From a virus: DNA of 64,000 bases. The notes under the pieces were generated by a model. That model did no database searches and was not told the origin of the DNA. It was given only the letters and a program-made list of their open reading frames with translations. Below, piece after piece: positions 18,501 to 26,740 of this stretch; position 1 is the stretch's first letter, and every line of letters begins with the position of its first letter. The position numbers and the translations under genes were made by a program. The DNA lies in the IMG/VR virus record IMGVR_UViG_3300045988_067909, one strand, 5' to 3'.

Positions 18501-20282
18501 ATGAAAAAAGTTATTTTGACAGCAATGGTTATTGGCTCTTTGAGCCTAAATGTAATGGCAATTGATAACGCTACTGGGTCTGGTAGTGGTATCGCTTATG
18601 GTACAGGAAGTAGTGCTAATGGTACACATGATGTATCCATTGGTGTATCTTCTAAAGCCGAAAACTACACAAACCAAAATGGTTCGATAGCTATTGGTCA
18701 TAAAGCTCATACTGAACTTATGGCTGGTGGTGTTGAAGCAGCATTTGGTTTTGGTCAAACTACATATAGTGGGAGCGAATTCTCATCTGCACGTGTCCCA
18801 GCTGACCCATCTAAAGTTATTGGTGCAGTAGCTATTGGTAACAATACATATGCTCGTACAGGTTCTACTATGGTTGGTTCTCATAACTACCATGGTGAAA
18901 TTGGTGATGTTACCATTAATACAGATAAAGATGAAACAGGCACTAGAAGCCAAGCATTAAATGTATATGCAACTAATATTGGTGCAAATAGCTTCAGTAA
19001 TGGTGCTTTAACTACATCTACTGGTGCTTATAATATTATTTCTAGTTCCTATACTGGTGGTAGATTCTCTACACCATCTCAAAATCTAGGTGCTACTATT
19101 ACAGGTGCTATGAATAGTATTGAATCTAAAACTGCACAAGGTATTGGCTCTGGTTGGTTTGCTGATAGAACTGGTGTTGGTGTAGCTAATACTATTAATG
19201 GTCTAGCAAATAGAACTGCCAATACTAATGGCACTATTGTATTTGGTGCTGGTAATGAAGTCACAAATTCTATTGCAGAATTGACTGGTATTCCAAAAAA
19301 TACTGGTAACTCTGCTAAAGAGTTTGCTGGTAAACTAAGAGATGGTATCTCTAAGTCTAATGGTGGTGGTGCTACTATGGTAATTGGTGGTGGTAATAAA
19401 GCCGATTACACATTACGCACTTCTATGATTGGTGTAAATAACACAGTTACTGGTACGTCTGGAAATGAAAGCACAGACAACTTTGTAGTTGGTGTAAACA
19501 ATAATGCATCTAATGTATCTAATGCAATTATTGTTGGTAATAACCATAATGTAGCTAATGCAACACATACAGTTATTATTGGTTCTAGTGATAATGCTAC
19601 AAGCACAGTAGTAAATGATGCTGTAGCTATTGGTCATAATACAGAAGTATCTTACGTTGGTGGTGTAGCTCTTGGTGCACAATCTAAAGCTACAGTAAAT
19701 TCTGGTGTAGCTGGATATGATGTAGTAACTAAGACACAATCTACAAACAATAGCCCTGTATGGACTTCTACAGCTTCTGCTGTATCTGTTGGTGATGTAG
19801 ATAATAATGTGACTCGTCAAATCACATCTGTATCCGCAGGTACTAATGATACTGATGCAGTTAACGTTGCACAACTTAAACAATTAGACAGCAAAATCGA
19901 TACTGGTGTGTCTGATGTATTAAATCGTGCAAATAACTATACTGACACTCAAGTATCCAAAGTTGGTGCTAGAGCAGCAGCATTATCTGGATTACATTAT
20001 GTAGACTATAACCCTAACGATAAATGGAGCTTTGCTGCATCTTTAGGTGGTTATAAAGGTTCTACTGCTGGAGCTATTGGAGTCGCTTATCAACCAAATG
20101 AAAGCACTCTTATCCATGCAGGTGTAACTTTAACAGATAGTCCAATGTACAATATTGGTGCATCTTTCAAAGTAGGTAAACAAGATCCTACATTGAAAAC
20201 TAGCCGTATTGAAATGGCACAACAAATCAAAGATTTACAAGAGCAACTTGCTGAAATCAAAGCAGCTCTTGCAAATAAATAA
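18501..20282 (+). CDS. YadA-like trimeric autotransporter adhesin (593 aa) with signal peptide, head repeats, neck (DAVNVAQLK) and C-terminal beta-barrel anchor plus a short coiled-coil tail
   Basis: Signal peptide MKKVILTAMVIGSLSLNVMA. Repeated SIGxxS/AIGxN head motifs. NVAQLK neck at nt 19852-19878. Anchor VGARAAALSGLHY...GASFKVG at about nt 19962-20178. Confidence 0.8.
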   Translation: MKKVILTAMVIGSLSLNVMAIDNATGSGSGIAYGTGSSANGTHDVSIGVSSKAENYTNQNGSIAIGHKAHTELMAGGVEAAFGFGQTTYSGSEFSSARVPADPSKVIGAVAIGNNTYARTGSTMVGSHNYHGEIGDVTINTDKDETGTRSQALNVYATNIGANSFSNGALTTSTGAYNIISSSYTGGRFSTPSQNLGATITGAMNSIESKTAQGIGSGWFADRTGVGVANTINGLANRTANTNGTIVFGAGNEVTNSIAELTGIPKNTGNSAKEFAGKLRDGISKSNGGGATMVIGGGNKADYTLRTSMIGVNNTVTGTSGNESTDNFVVGVNNNASNVSNAIIVGNNHNVANATHTVIIGSSDNATSTVVNDAVAIGHNTEVSYVGGVALGAQSKATVNSGVAGYDVVTKTQSTNNSPVWTSTASAVSVGDVDNNVTRQITSVSAGTNDTDAVNVAQLKQLDSKIDTGVSDVLNRANNYTDTQVSKVGARAAALSGLHYVDYNPNDKWSFAASLGGYKGSTAGAIGVAYQPNESTLIHAGVTLTDSPMYNIGASFKVGKQDPTLKTSRIEMAQQIKDLQEQLAEIKAALANK

Positions 20283-20294
20283 TTCTACCATGTA

Positions 20295-20333
20295 TATGGC
20301 ATAGTATTGACGGTACTATGCCATACTTTTTTA
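20295..20333 (+). terminator. intrinsic terminator (tatggcatagtattgacggtactatgccata + TTTTTT)
   Basis: 11-bp stem followed by a T-run. Confidence 0.65.
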
Positions 20334-20359
20334 GCATATAGTTAAAAGGAGACATTCAA

Positions 20360-23077
20360 ATGATGAACAACAAAGTTATTTTAACAGCAGCAATTTTAGG
20401 TACTTTGGTATCCGGTTCTGTATTTGCACAAGGATCTAATACTGGATACAATAATGTATCTAATGGAGATTATGGAACAGTATTTGGTAGTAATAATACT
20501 AATGAAACAGGTGCCACAAGTTCATTAGCTTTTGGTGATGGAAATGTTGTAAAACAAGCAAACTCTATGGCTTTTGGCCAAGGTAACTTATCCGACGGCG
20601 AAAATAGTTTCGTCGGCGGTGATAAAGCTAAAGCTGTAGGTCGTGATACATTTGCGTTCGGCTCTTCTGCAGAAGCTCTAACTGAGTATACCATTGCCAT
20701 TGGTTCTCAAGCTAGAACTATTGGCTATAACACTTTGGCTATTGGTAATGGTGCTACAGTATCTGGTCCATCCTCTATTGCTATTGGTAAAACAAACAAT
20801 GTTACAGGTGAAAATTCTGTAGCTATTGGTGCTAATAATGGCACTATTAAAGGTGAACAAGCTGTAGTAGTTGGTTATAATAATAATATGACTACTGCTG
20901 ATCAAGAGCAATTGATCTTTGGTTCTAATTCTGTCACTAGTGGCCAAGGTTCTATCGTTGTAGGTACTCATGGTCAAGCTACTGCTGTTGATGCTGTTGC
21001 ATTAGGTAATAATACTATTGCTGACGTTCAAAATGGCGTCGCAATCGGCACAAATTCTGTAACAGAATCAGCTGTTGGTACATCCAATATTAAGGATAAT
21101 ACAACAGACATCCGTTTCAGTAATTCCACTTATGCAGGTTCCACACCTGATAGTGTTGTAAGCTTTGGTGCTAATGGTCGTGCTGGTGCTGGTGGTGTAA
21201 CTAGCTATACACGTCAGCTACAAAATGTAGCAGCAGGTCGTGTATCTTCCACATCTACAGATGCTATTAATGGTAGCCAATTGTACGATGTTGCTCTTGA
21301 AGCACAAAAGTACAATACTATGGCTGATGGATCCAATACTACAGTAGTAGCTACCGATAACGCTTACGGAAGAAAAGAATTCAAAGTAAACGTTAATAAG
21401 GATTTGGTAGACATGAACTCTGCAGCATTTGGAAAGAATACAGATAGCAAACATACAGTAGTTAATACTGATGGTACTATTGTATTTGATGGTGATAAAG
21501 ATACTAAGTATAGCGGTAACGGTTTAACTATCGAAGACCGTAATACTTTGGATGCTGCATCCTATAATATTAATGGTATGACAGCTTCTGATGCTAATGG
21601 TACAGTAAGCTTCACTACAACTAATATTGATGCTGGCAATAACCAAATTCACAACGTTAAAGCTGGTACAGCTGATACAGATGCGGTTAATGTTGATCAA
21701 ATGAATAAAGCTATCGAAGCCAATAAAGCAGTTGAATCCGTGGTTGCCGACAATCAAGTCGACAATATCGCAGCAGTACGTGTAACAAATGGCAAATCCA
21801 CTGGTGATGCAAATGCACAATATGGTGTATATGTATCCCGTTCTACTGTGGATGCTATTGCCAAGGCTTCTAACCGTTTTGCAGGAGACGACGTTATTAA
21901 TGTTACTCGTTGGGATGCTCCTGCTAATGTAGCAGATCTTACTACATTCAAATACAACGGCGAAAAAGCCGCAACTAAAACTCCATTGACTTACAAAGCT
22001 AATGGTAAAGATGCTAAACAAGTTATGCTTGCTAATGGCTTAGACTTCACTAATGGTAAAAACACTACAGCTACTACAGATGCTAATGGCGTAGTTAAAT
22101 ACTCTGTGAATGATAACTTGAATGGTATGAAATCCGTTAACTTCGATGGTGGTACTACAGTGAACAATGATGGCTTAACTATTAACAATGGCCCATCTGT
22201 AACTAAAGATGGTATTGATGCTGGTAATAAAACGATTACTAATGTAGCTCCTGGTCGTGTAGAAGCGGGTTCTACTGATGCAATTAACGGTAGCCAATTG
22301 AATGACGCAGCTCAACGTATTAGCAACCGTTATGATGCAGCTATTGCTAATAACCAACGTGAAATCAGTAAAGTAGGTGCTCGTGCAGCAGCTATGGCTA
22401 ACTTACATTATCAAGACTTCAATGCTGATGATAAATGGAGCTTCGCTGCAGGTTATGGTCATTATAAAGGTCAAAATGCTGGTGCATTAGGTGTAGCATA
22501 TCAACCAAATGAAAATACTATGATTAGTGTATCTTCCACTATTGGTAAAGATGCTATGATTGGTGCTGGTGTATCCATGAAGTTTGGTAAAGCATCTAAG
22601 ATGAATGCTAATAAACAAGTAGCTATGGCTAAAGAAATTCAAGAACTTCGTGCAATCGTAGCAGCTCAAAATGCTAAGATCGATGCATTAGTCGATCATG
22701 CTATGGGACGTAACGAAGCAATTACTGATGTAGTATTCCCTGATGTACCTGAAAATCATTGGGCATATATGATGGTACAAGACCTTGCTTACAAAGGTAT
22801 TGTAGTTGGTTATCCAGATAATAATTTCTCTGGTGACCGCACTCTAACTCGCTATGAATTTGCTGTAGCATTAGACCGTGCTATTTCTGCTGGTTATATG
22901 AATCCAGAATTGGGTCGTGCTATTAAAGAATTCAAACCTGAATTAGACAGCATCTATGCTAATATGCGTTTCCGTGTAGATCGTGAATCTGGTAAAGATG
23001 GTAGTGTAAATAAAGTTGAACGTGTACGTGTTAATAAAGACAGTGCTCGTGATAACTATGGCACTATCGTAAAATAA
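20360..23077 (+). CDS. trimeric autotransporter adhesin (905 aa) with an extra C-terminal periplasmic coiled coil and an SLH (S-layer homology) domain
   Basis: Signal peptide MMNNKVILTAAILGTLVSGSVFAQG. YadA-type head repeats. Neck DAVNVDQMN. Anchor VGARAAAMANLHY...VSMKFG at about nt 22372-22590. SLH motif FPDVPENHWAYMMVQDLAYKGIVVGYPDNNFSGDRTLTRYEFAVALDRAI at about nt 22735-22887. Confidence 0.8.
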   Translation: MMNNKVILTAAILGTLVSGSVFAQGSNTGYNNVSNGDYGTVFGSNNTNETGATSSLAFGDGNVVKQANSMAFGQGNLSDGENSFVGGDKAKAVGRDTFAFGSSAEALTEYTIAIGSQARTIGYNTLAIGNGATVSGPSSIAIGKTNNVTGENSVAIGANNGTIKGEQAVVVGYNNNMTTADQEQLIFGSNSVTSGQGSIVVGTHGQATAVDAVALGNNTIADVQNGVAIGTNSVTESAVGTSNIKDNTTDIRFSNSTYAGSTPDSVVSFGANGRAGAGGVTSYTRQLQNVAAGRVSSTSTDAINGSQLYDVALEAQKYNTMADGSNTTVVATDNAYGRKEFKVNVNKDLVDMNSAAFGKNTDSKHTVVNTDGTIVFDGDKDTKYSGNGLTIEDRNTLDAASYNINGMTASDANGTVSFTTTNIDAGNNQIHNVKAGTADTDAVNVDQMNKAIEANKAVESVVADNQVDNIAAVRVTNGKSTGDANAQYGVYVSRSTVDAIAKASNRFAGDDVINVTRWDAPANVADLTTFKYNGEKAATKTPLTYKANGKDAKQVMLANGLDFTNGKNTTATTDANGVVKYSVNDNLNGMKSVNFDGGTTVNNDGLTINNGPSVTKDGIDAGNKTITNVAPGRVEAGSTDAINGSQLNDAAQRISNRYDAAIANNQREISKVGARAAAMANLHYQDFNADDKWSFAAGYGHYKGQNAGALGVAYQPNENTMISVSSTIGKDAMIGAGVSMKFGKASKMNANKQVAMAKEIQELRAIVAAQNAKIDALVDHAMGRNEAITDVVFPDVPENHWAYMMVQDLAYKGIVVGYPDNNFSGDRTLTRYEFAVALDRAISAGYMNPELGRAIKEFKPELDSIYANMRFRVDRESGKDGSVNKVERVRVNKDSARDNYGTIVK

Positions 23078-23091
23078 TCTAATTATAAGAA

Positions 23092-23140
23092 AAGAAGTTC
23101 TACAAGGGTCAATGACCCTTGTAGACTATTTTCTTTTTTC
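23092..23140 (+). terminator. intrinsic terminator aagaagttctacaagggtcaatgacccttgtagactattttctttttt
   Basis: 10-bp stem plus T-run. An identical ~48-bp copy sits at 23609-23662. Confidence 0.7.
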
Positions 23141-23188
23141 TATGATACTGAGGATATATCTAGTATTTCGTAAAACTGTTTTTTTTTT

Positions 23189-23204
23189 AGTTGTATACTA
23201 TAAT
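23189..23204 (+). promoter_or_regulatory. promoter-like motif copy AGTTGTATACTATAAT
   Basis: Preceded by a T9 run. 49 nt upstream of ATG 23253. Confidence 0.55.
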
Positions 23205-23252
23205 GGTAATATCATGGTTATATTTAGTTATTGAAGAAAAGGAGAATATATC

Positions 23253-23606
23253 ATGAACACAACAAAAATTGAAAAATTCGAAACCATTTCTGGATTTGTT
23301 GATTACCATATTAAACCGGCAAATTGGGCCCACACAGAACGGGAGCAATGGTGGTACGAGTTCGAAAACGGACTTTCTGCCTCTGTAGTTAGAGGCAGTA
23401 CTACCCTTGGTGGTAGAAATGGCTTATTCGAAGTAGGGATCTTGATTATGGACTCCTGCTACGGAGGTACACCATTATCTTCGGATGGGGTAATAGGTTA
23501 CCTCACTGAGGATGAGGTTGTATCCACGCTTAACCGTATCTCTAGATTGGTTGAAAACCCAAATGCCCATGGGTATATAGATCCAGAGGATCTAGAAGAT
23601 AAATAA
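23253..23606 (+). CDS. hypothetical protein (117 aa); noticeably GC-richer than its surroundings
   Basis: RBS AAAGGAGAA. Composition shift visible (ccggcaaattgggcccacacagaacgggagc...). Confidence 0.7.
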   Translation: MNTTKIEKFETISGFVDYHIKPANWAHTEREQWWYEFENGLSASVVRGSTTLGGRNGLFEVGILIMDSCYGGTPLSSDGVIGYLTEDEVVSTLNRISRLVENPNAHGYIDPEDLEDK

Positions 23607-23608
23607 AT

Positions 23609-23662
23609 AAGAAGTTCTACAAGGGTCAATGACCCTTGTAGACTATTTTCTTTTTTTTTTGT
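23609..23662 (+). terminator. second identical copy of the ctacaagggtcaatgacccttgtag terminator
   Basis: Exact repeat of 23092-23140, with a longer T-run. Confidence 0.7.
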
Positions 23663-23677
23663 AAAAATAGAAATTTT

Positions 23678-23693
23678 AGTTATATATTATAAT
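23678..23693 (+). promoter_or_regulatory. promoter-like motif copy AGTTATATATTATAAT
   Basis: 40 nt upstream of ATG 23733. Confidence 0.5.
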
Positions 23694-23732
23694 CGTGACC
23701 AATGGTTAGGTTTATTTATAAGGAGGTATTTT

Positions 23733-24311
23733 ATGCTTATACTAACTAAGGTTAAAGCGATTATAATTATATTCGCAACCCTTCAAAATGTAGTATTTGG
23801 ATTCACATCCCCTACAATCCAAATCTACTTTATGAGTTTGGTAGATGCCAGTACTCTAAGCATTGCCAACCTATTGGATGCTGGGTTGGCAGGCACCATT
23901 AATAGTTTCCTGAGTAAAAATTCTTTCAGGAAACTATTTAAGAAGTATGCCCCTATAGTTGGGCTTATCGATGCAGTAGTCTATGCTGCAATCGTGTTAT
24001 TTTCGGTGGACGATCCTACTATAAGGTTTATAGGGATCGCCATCTGTAATGGCACGTTAAATACTATTTGGGGAGTTATGCTGTTGGATAGTATTAATAA
24101 TGCTATCCGAGGGGATGACTTAACTTCCTTTAATAGTTTGAATAAGTCCTGTAATCTATTCGGTTCCCTTATCGGATCAGGTATAGGCTTTTTAATTGGT
24201 AGCTCGTTGGATATAAATACAGCTATCATTCTACAAGCTATCATTGTCGGAGTTAACTCTGTATCCGAGCTATACGCATTCTATAAATTAGATAAAATTG
24301 AAGAATCGTAA
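23733..24311 (+). CDS. polytopic membrane protein (192 aa, about 4-5 hydrophobic segments)
   Basis: RBS TAAGGAGGT. Hydrophobic throughout. GC-richer than neighbours. Confidence 0.7.
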   Translation: MLILTKVKAIIIIFATLQNVVFGFTSPTIQIYFMSLVDASTLSIANLLDAGLAGTINSFLSKNSFRKLFKKYAPIVGLIDAVVYAAIVLFSVDDPTIRFIGIAICNGTLNTIWGVMLLDSINNAIRGDDLTSFNSLNKSCNLFGSLIGSGIGFLIGSSLDINTAIILQAIIVGVNSVSELYAFYKLDKIEES

Positions 24312-24325
24312 AACTCGGACTTTAT

Positions 24326-24340
24326 AGTTGTATACTATAA
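24326..24340 (+). promoter_or_regulatory. promoter-like motif copy AGTTGTATACTATAA
   Basis: Followed by the perfect 16-bp palindrome GATGATAATTATCATC (24348-24363). Confidence 0.55.
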
Positions 24341-24347
24341 AGGTAAT

Positions 24348-24476
24348 GATGATAATTATCATCGATTGAAGAATATAGTTATATTCAAGGACCTCTAGGA
24401 GTTAGAGTGATAGATACAATAGTATCTTGATCTTTAACTTCTAGGGGTCCTTGAACACTATATCTTTTTTCTTTTG
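24348..24476 (+). ncRNA. candidate ~130-nt small RNA: motif promoter, then 16-bp palindrome, then a long hairpin (arms ttcaaggacctctag 24384-24398 and ctaggggtccttgaa 24441-24455), then a T-run; no ORF
   Basis: Promoter-like motif and terminator bracket a non-coding stretch. Could equally be a 5' attenuator of the downstream gene. Confidence 0.3.
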
Positions 24477-24580
24477 CGAATTTCTATGATACTGGCTAAG
24501 GTTTAGGAGGTGATATATGAAAGAAAACCAAATAGTATTTTAGAATTCTACTTTTTATTAATCCAAGGAGGACAGTCGTT

Positions 24581-25348
24581 ATGAAAATCATAAACGATGT
24601 CAAGAGGGATCTAAGATTCCTCATCGAATCAAAATTAACTAAGCAATTAGCTATTCAAACGATTTCTGAATTATATAAAAATGAACGTTTGAATCCAGAA
24701 TCGATTGGTCTGTGGTATGACCAAGTACGTAGAGATATTCCAAGCTATGTACAACGAACCACAACTAATGAACCACAAGTATGTGATATTAAGAAATCCA
24801 TAGTTGGTGGTAAAACAATCAAAGGGTCTATTATCACCCACGACAGAAAGAAAAGCAGTCGTAAAGATAATACACCATACTACAAACGAGGAGGTGAGAG
24901 ACGATGGCATAATATCGTAGTTGGAGGCACTATGATTTCAGCCAGAAGAAACCTAAAAGCAGCAAAAGCTTCCATTTCAGCTACATATAGATTTATGGAG
25001 TTGATAGATAGCGATGAGCCTAATCCAGAAAAGGCTATCATCGACATTGTCGATAAAGAATACCGTGAAGGATATTCATTGGACAATAAAAATGATATAC
25101 TCACTAGATTCGCCAGTGATTATATCGATAATAAGGCAATATTTCTTATGATGCCAAAGATTGGTAAGGAAATTGCCGAAGGGCGAGACATCGAAATGGT
25201 TGCACGAAAATATAAGACCACTAAGGATGCCATCATAGATATGGTTAAGAAACATAGCTTTGTATTCTTTACGTTCTATGATATGGGTGCTTTGACTTTT
25301 ATAGAAGGGATGGAAGAGTATGGAAAAACCACTTATCATTCCAAATAG
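24581..25348 (+). CDS. hypothetical basic protein (255 aa)
   Basis: RBS CAAGGAGGA. Preceded by a mini-ORF (MKENQIVF, 24493-24519) that has its own AGGAGGT RBS. Confidence 0.7.
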   Translation: MKIINDVKRDLRFLIESKLTKQLAIQTISELYKNERLNPESIGLWYDQVRRDIPSYVQRTTTNEPQVCDIKKSIVGGKTIKGSIITHDRKKSSRKDNTPYYKRGGERRWHNIVVGGTMISARRNLKAAKASISATYRFMELIDSDEPNPEKAIIDIVDKEYREGYSLDNKNDILTRFASDYIDNKAIFLMMPKIGKEIAEGRDIEMVARKYKTTKDAIIDMVKKHSFVFFTFYDMGALTFIEGMEEYGKTTYHSK

Positions 25349-26237
25349 CTATACATACAAACAAATCGCCGATTTTGCTTATATAGCAGAATCAATGAAT
25401 GGGTTTGACTTTATGTATAAAAATGGAAAATCTAAAGAAAGTTTAGATTCTCTCATTCCTAATAGCTCACAGTTACAGACCAGATACAATAGTTTCAAAA
25501 GCTACCTGGATAATTTTGGTATCACATTAGACCAATTCAAAAAATTGGATGTAAAAAGCTACTTCAATATAAAAGGTGCTAAAATTATGAGACACACTAC
25601 GTATCTGAAGAATGTATTCTTTAGGTACTATAACCCAAAGCTCACTGAGAAGCTTTATGAGTTTTATAAACTAGTCGAAGTCAATAAATTATCAAAGACT
25701 GGGACTAAGAAATACTTTGGGTATAGGAACTCACAAACTGTAGCAATAGTTCGTGCCTATAGATTTGGTAAACTTTTAAGTTTACCATCAAATGAGGAGT
25801 ATAATAACGCTCATAATTTTAAAAATAGAGCGGTTAATTATATGCTACTAACTAGCTATATTGATATACCAAATCAAAAGCATCAATTTGATATTAATAT
25901 TAAAGATTCTATCAATCTTACAATGAAACTGATGCTATTAGTTATAGATGGAAAAGACAGTATATCTTATAGTGAATTTATAGACAGATATAATATTGAT
26001 AAGAATGATATTTTATCTGAAAGACGTTATACAACTATAATAGATTATTATAGAAGATACAGAGGCCTGATCTCACAATATAAAGAATTAGTAGAAGACA
26101 TCAATAACGGAGTATCTTGGCATTCTATCTTATATAAATATCAATTAAAGAAGTATAATCTAAAATCAAGAGATAAATTTGTTCTTTGGCTGGATAAAGT
26201 TGCTCCAATCAAAGCTTTGATTAAAAAGGAGATATAA
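25320..26237 (+). CDS. hypothetical protein (305 aa)
   Basis: Overlaps the upstream gene by 29 nt. RBS GGAAGAG. Confidence 0.6.
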   Translation: MEKPLIIPNSYTYKQIADFAYIAESMNGFDFMYKNGKSKESLDSLIPNSSQLQTRYNSFKSYLDNFGITLDQFKKLDVKSYFNIKGAKIMRHTTYLKNVFFRYYNPKLTEKLYEFYKLVEVNKLSKTGTKKYFGYRNSQTVAIVRAYRFGKLLSLPSNEEYNNAHNFKNRAVNYMLLTSYIDIPNQKHQFDINIKDSINLTMKLMLLVIDGKDSISYSEFIDRYNIDKNDILSERRYTTIIDYYRRYRGLISQYKELVEDINNGVSWHSILYKYQLKKYNLKSRDKFVLWLDKVAPIKALIKKEI

Positions 26238-26239
26238 AA

Positions 26240-26728
26240 ATGGAAGAAAATTTAAAAAGCAAAATTTTAGAAGATCATGCTAATGGTATGACATTAGCAG
26301 ATATATCTAGTAAATACGATGTTTCTGCTAATGAACTCGTTAATATGATTCTTGATAATGGGGTACATAATAGTGGTCCCCGAACATTTCAAGAAGGACC
26401 TGCATTTGTGGTAAAAGATGATACAACTTCTAACACAGAAGTACAAGAACAAGAACCTAGTGATATCGTTCTATCAATTATACCAACAGATCAAGAATCT
26501 ATACCACAGCATTATATGCCAACACACAATGATGTGTTTATGGACTTAATCATATTTGGGGTGAGTCTTGATGATGTATGCTCTAAGTATGACATCACTA
26601 AAGGTGATGTAGGTATTATGCTTGAGGAAATCTATAAGGATTTATCTGATAGAGTTATCCCTATGGATGATATCAAAGAGGCAATTAAAAAGATCTGTGC
26701 AGAGGTTTATCTTGCACGTTTCAATTAG
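26240..26728 (+). CDS. small protein with two tandem HTH-like segments (LADISSKYDVSANELVNMI and LDDVCSKYDITKGDVGIML); possible transcription factor or RNAP accessory
   Basis: RBS AAAGGAGAT. Internally duplicated helix-turn-helix-like motif. Lies immediately upstream of the RNAP beta-prime fragment. Confidence 0.6.
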   Translation: MEENLKSKILEDHANGMTLADISSKYDVSANELVNMILDNGVHNSGPRTFQEGPAFVVKDDTTSNTEVQEQEPSDIVLSIIPTDQESIPQHYMPTHNDVFMDLIIFGVSLDDVCSKYDITKGDVGIMLEEIYKDLSDRVIPMDDIKEAIKKICAEVYLARFN

Positions 26729-26740
26729 GAGGAGTTAAGT

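Noticed and set aside
18546-22669. Numerous 60-165-aa minus-strand ORFs (18546, 19079, 19406, 19413, 20470, 20678, 21218, 21524, 21754, 21991, 22175, 22487) inside the adhesin genes
   Set aside because: Antisense artefacts of Gly/Thr/Ala-rich repeat coding. Cys/Ile-rich nonsense translations.
24493-24519. 8-codon mini-ORF MKENQIVF with a perfect RBS upstream of gene 24581
   Set aside because: Too short to call a gene. Possibly a leader peptide for translational coupling or attenuation. Noted under the sRNA/attenuator finding rather than as a feature.
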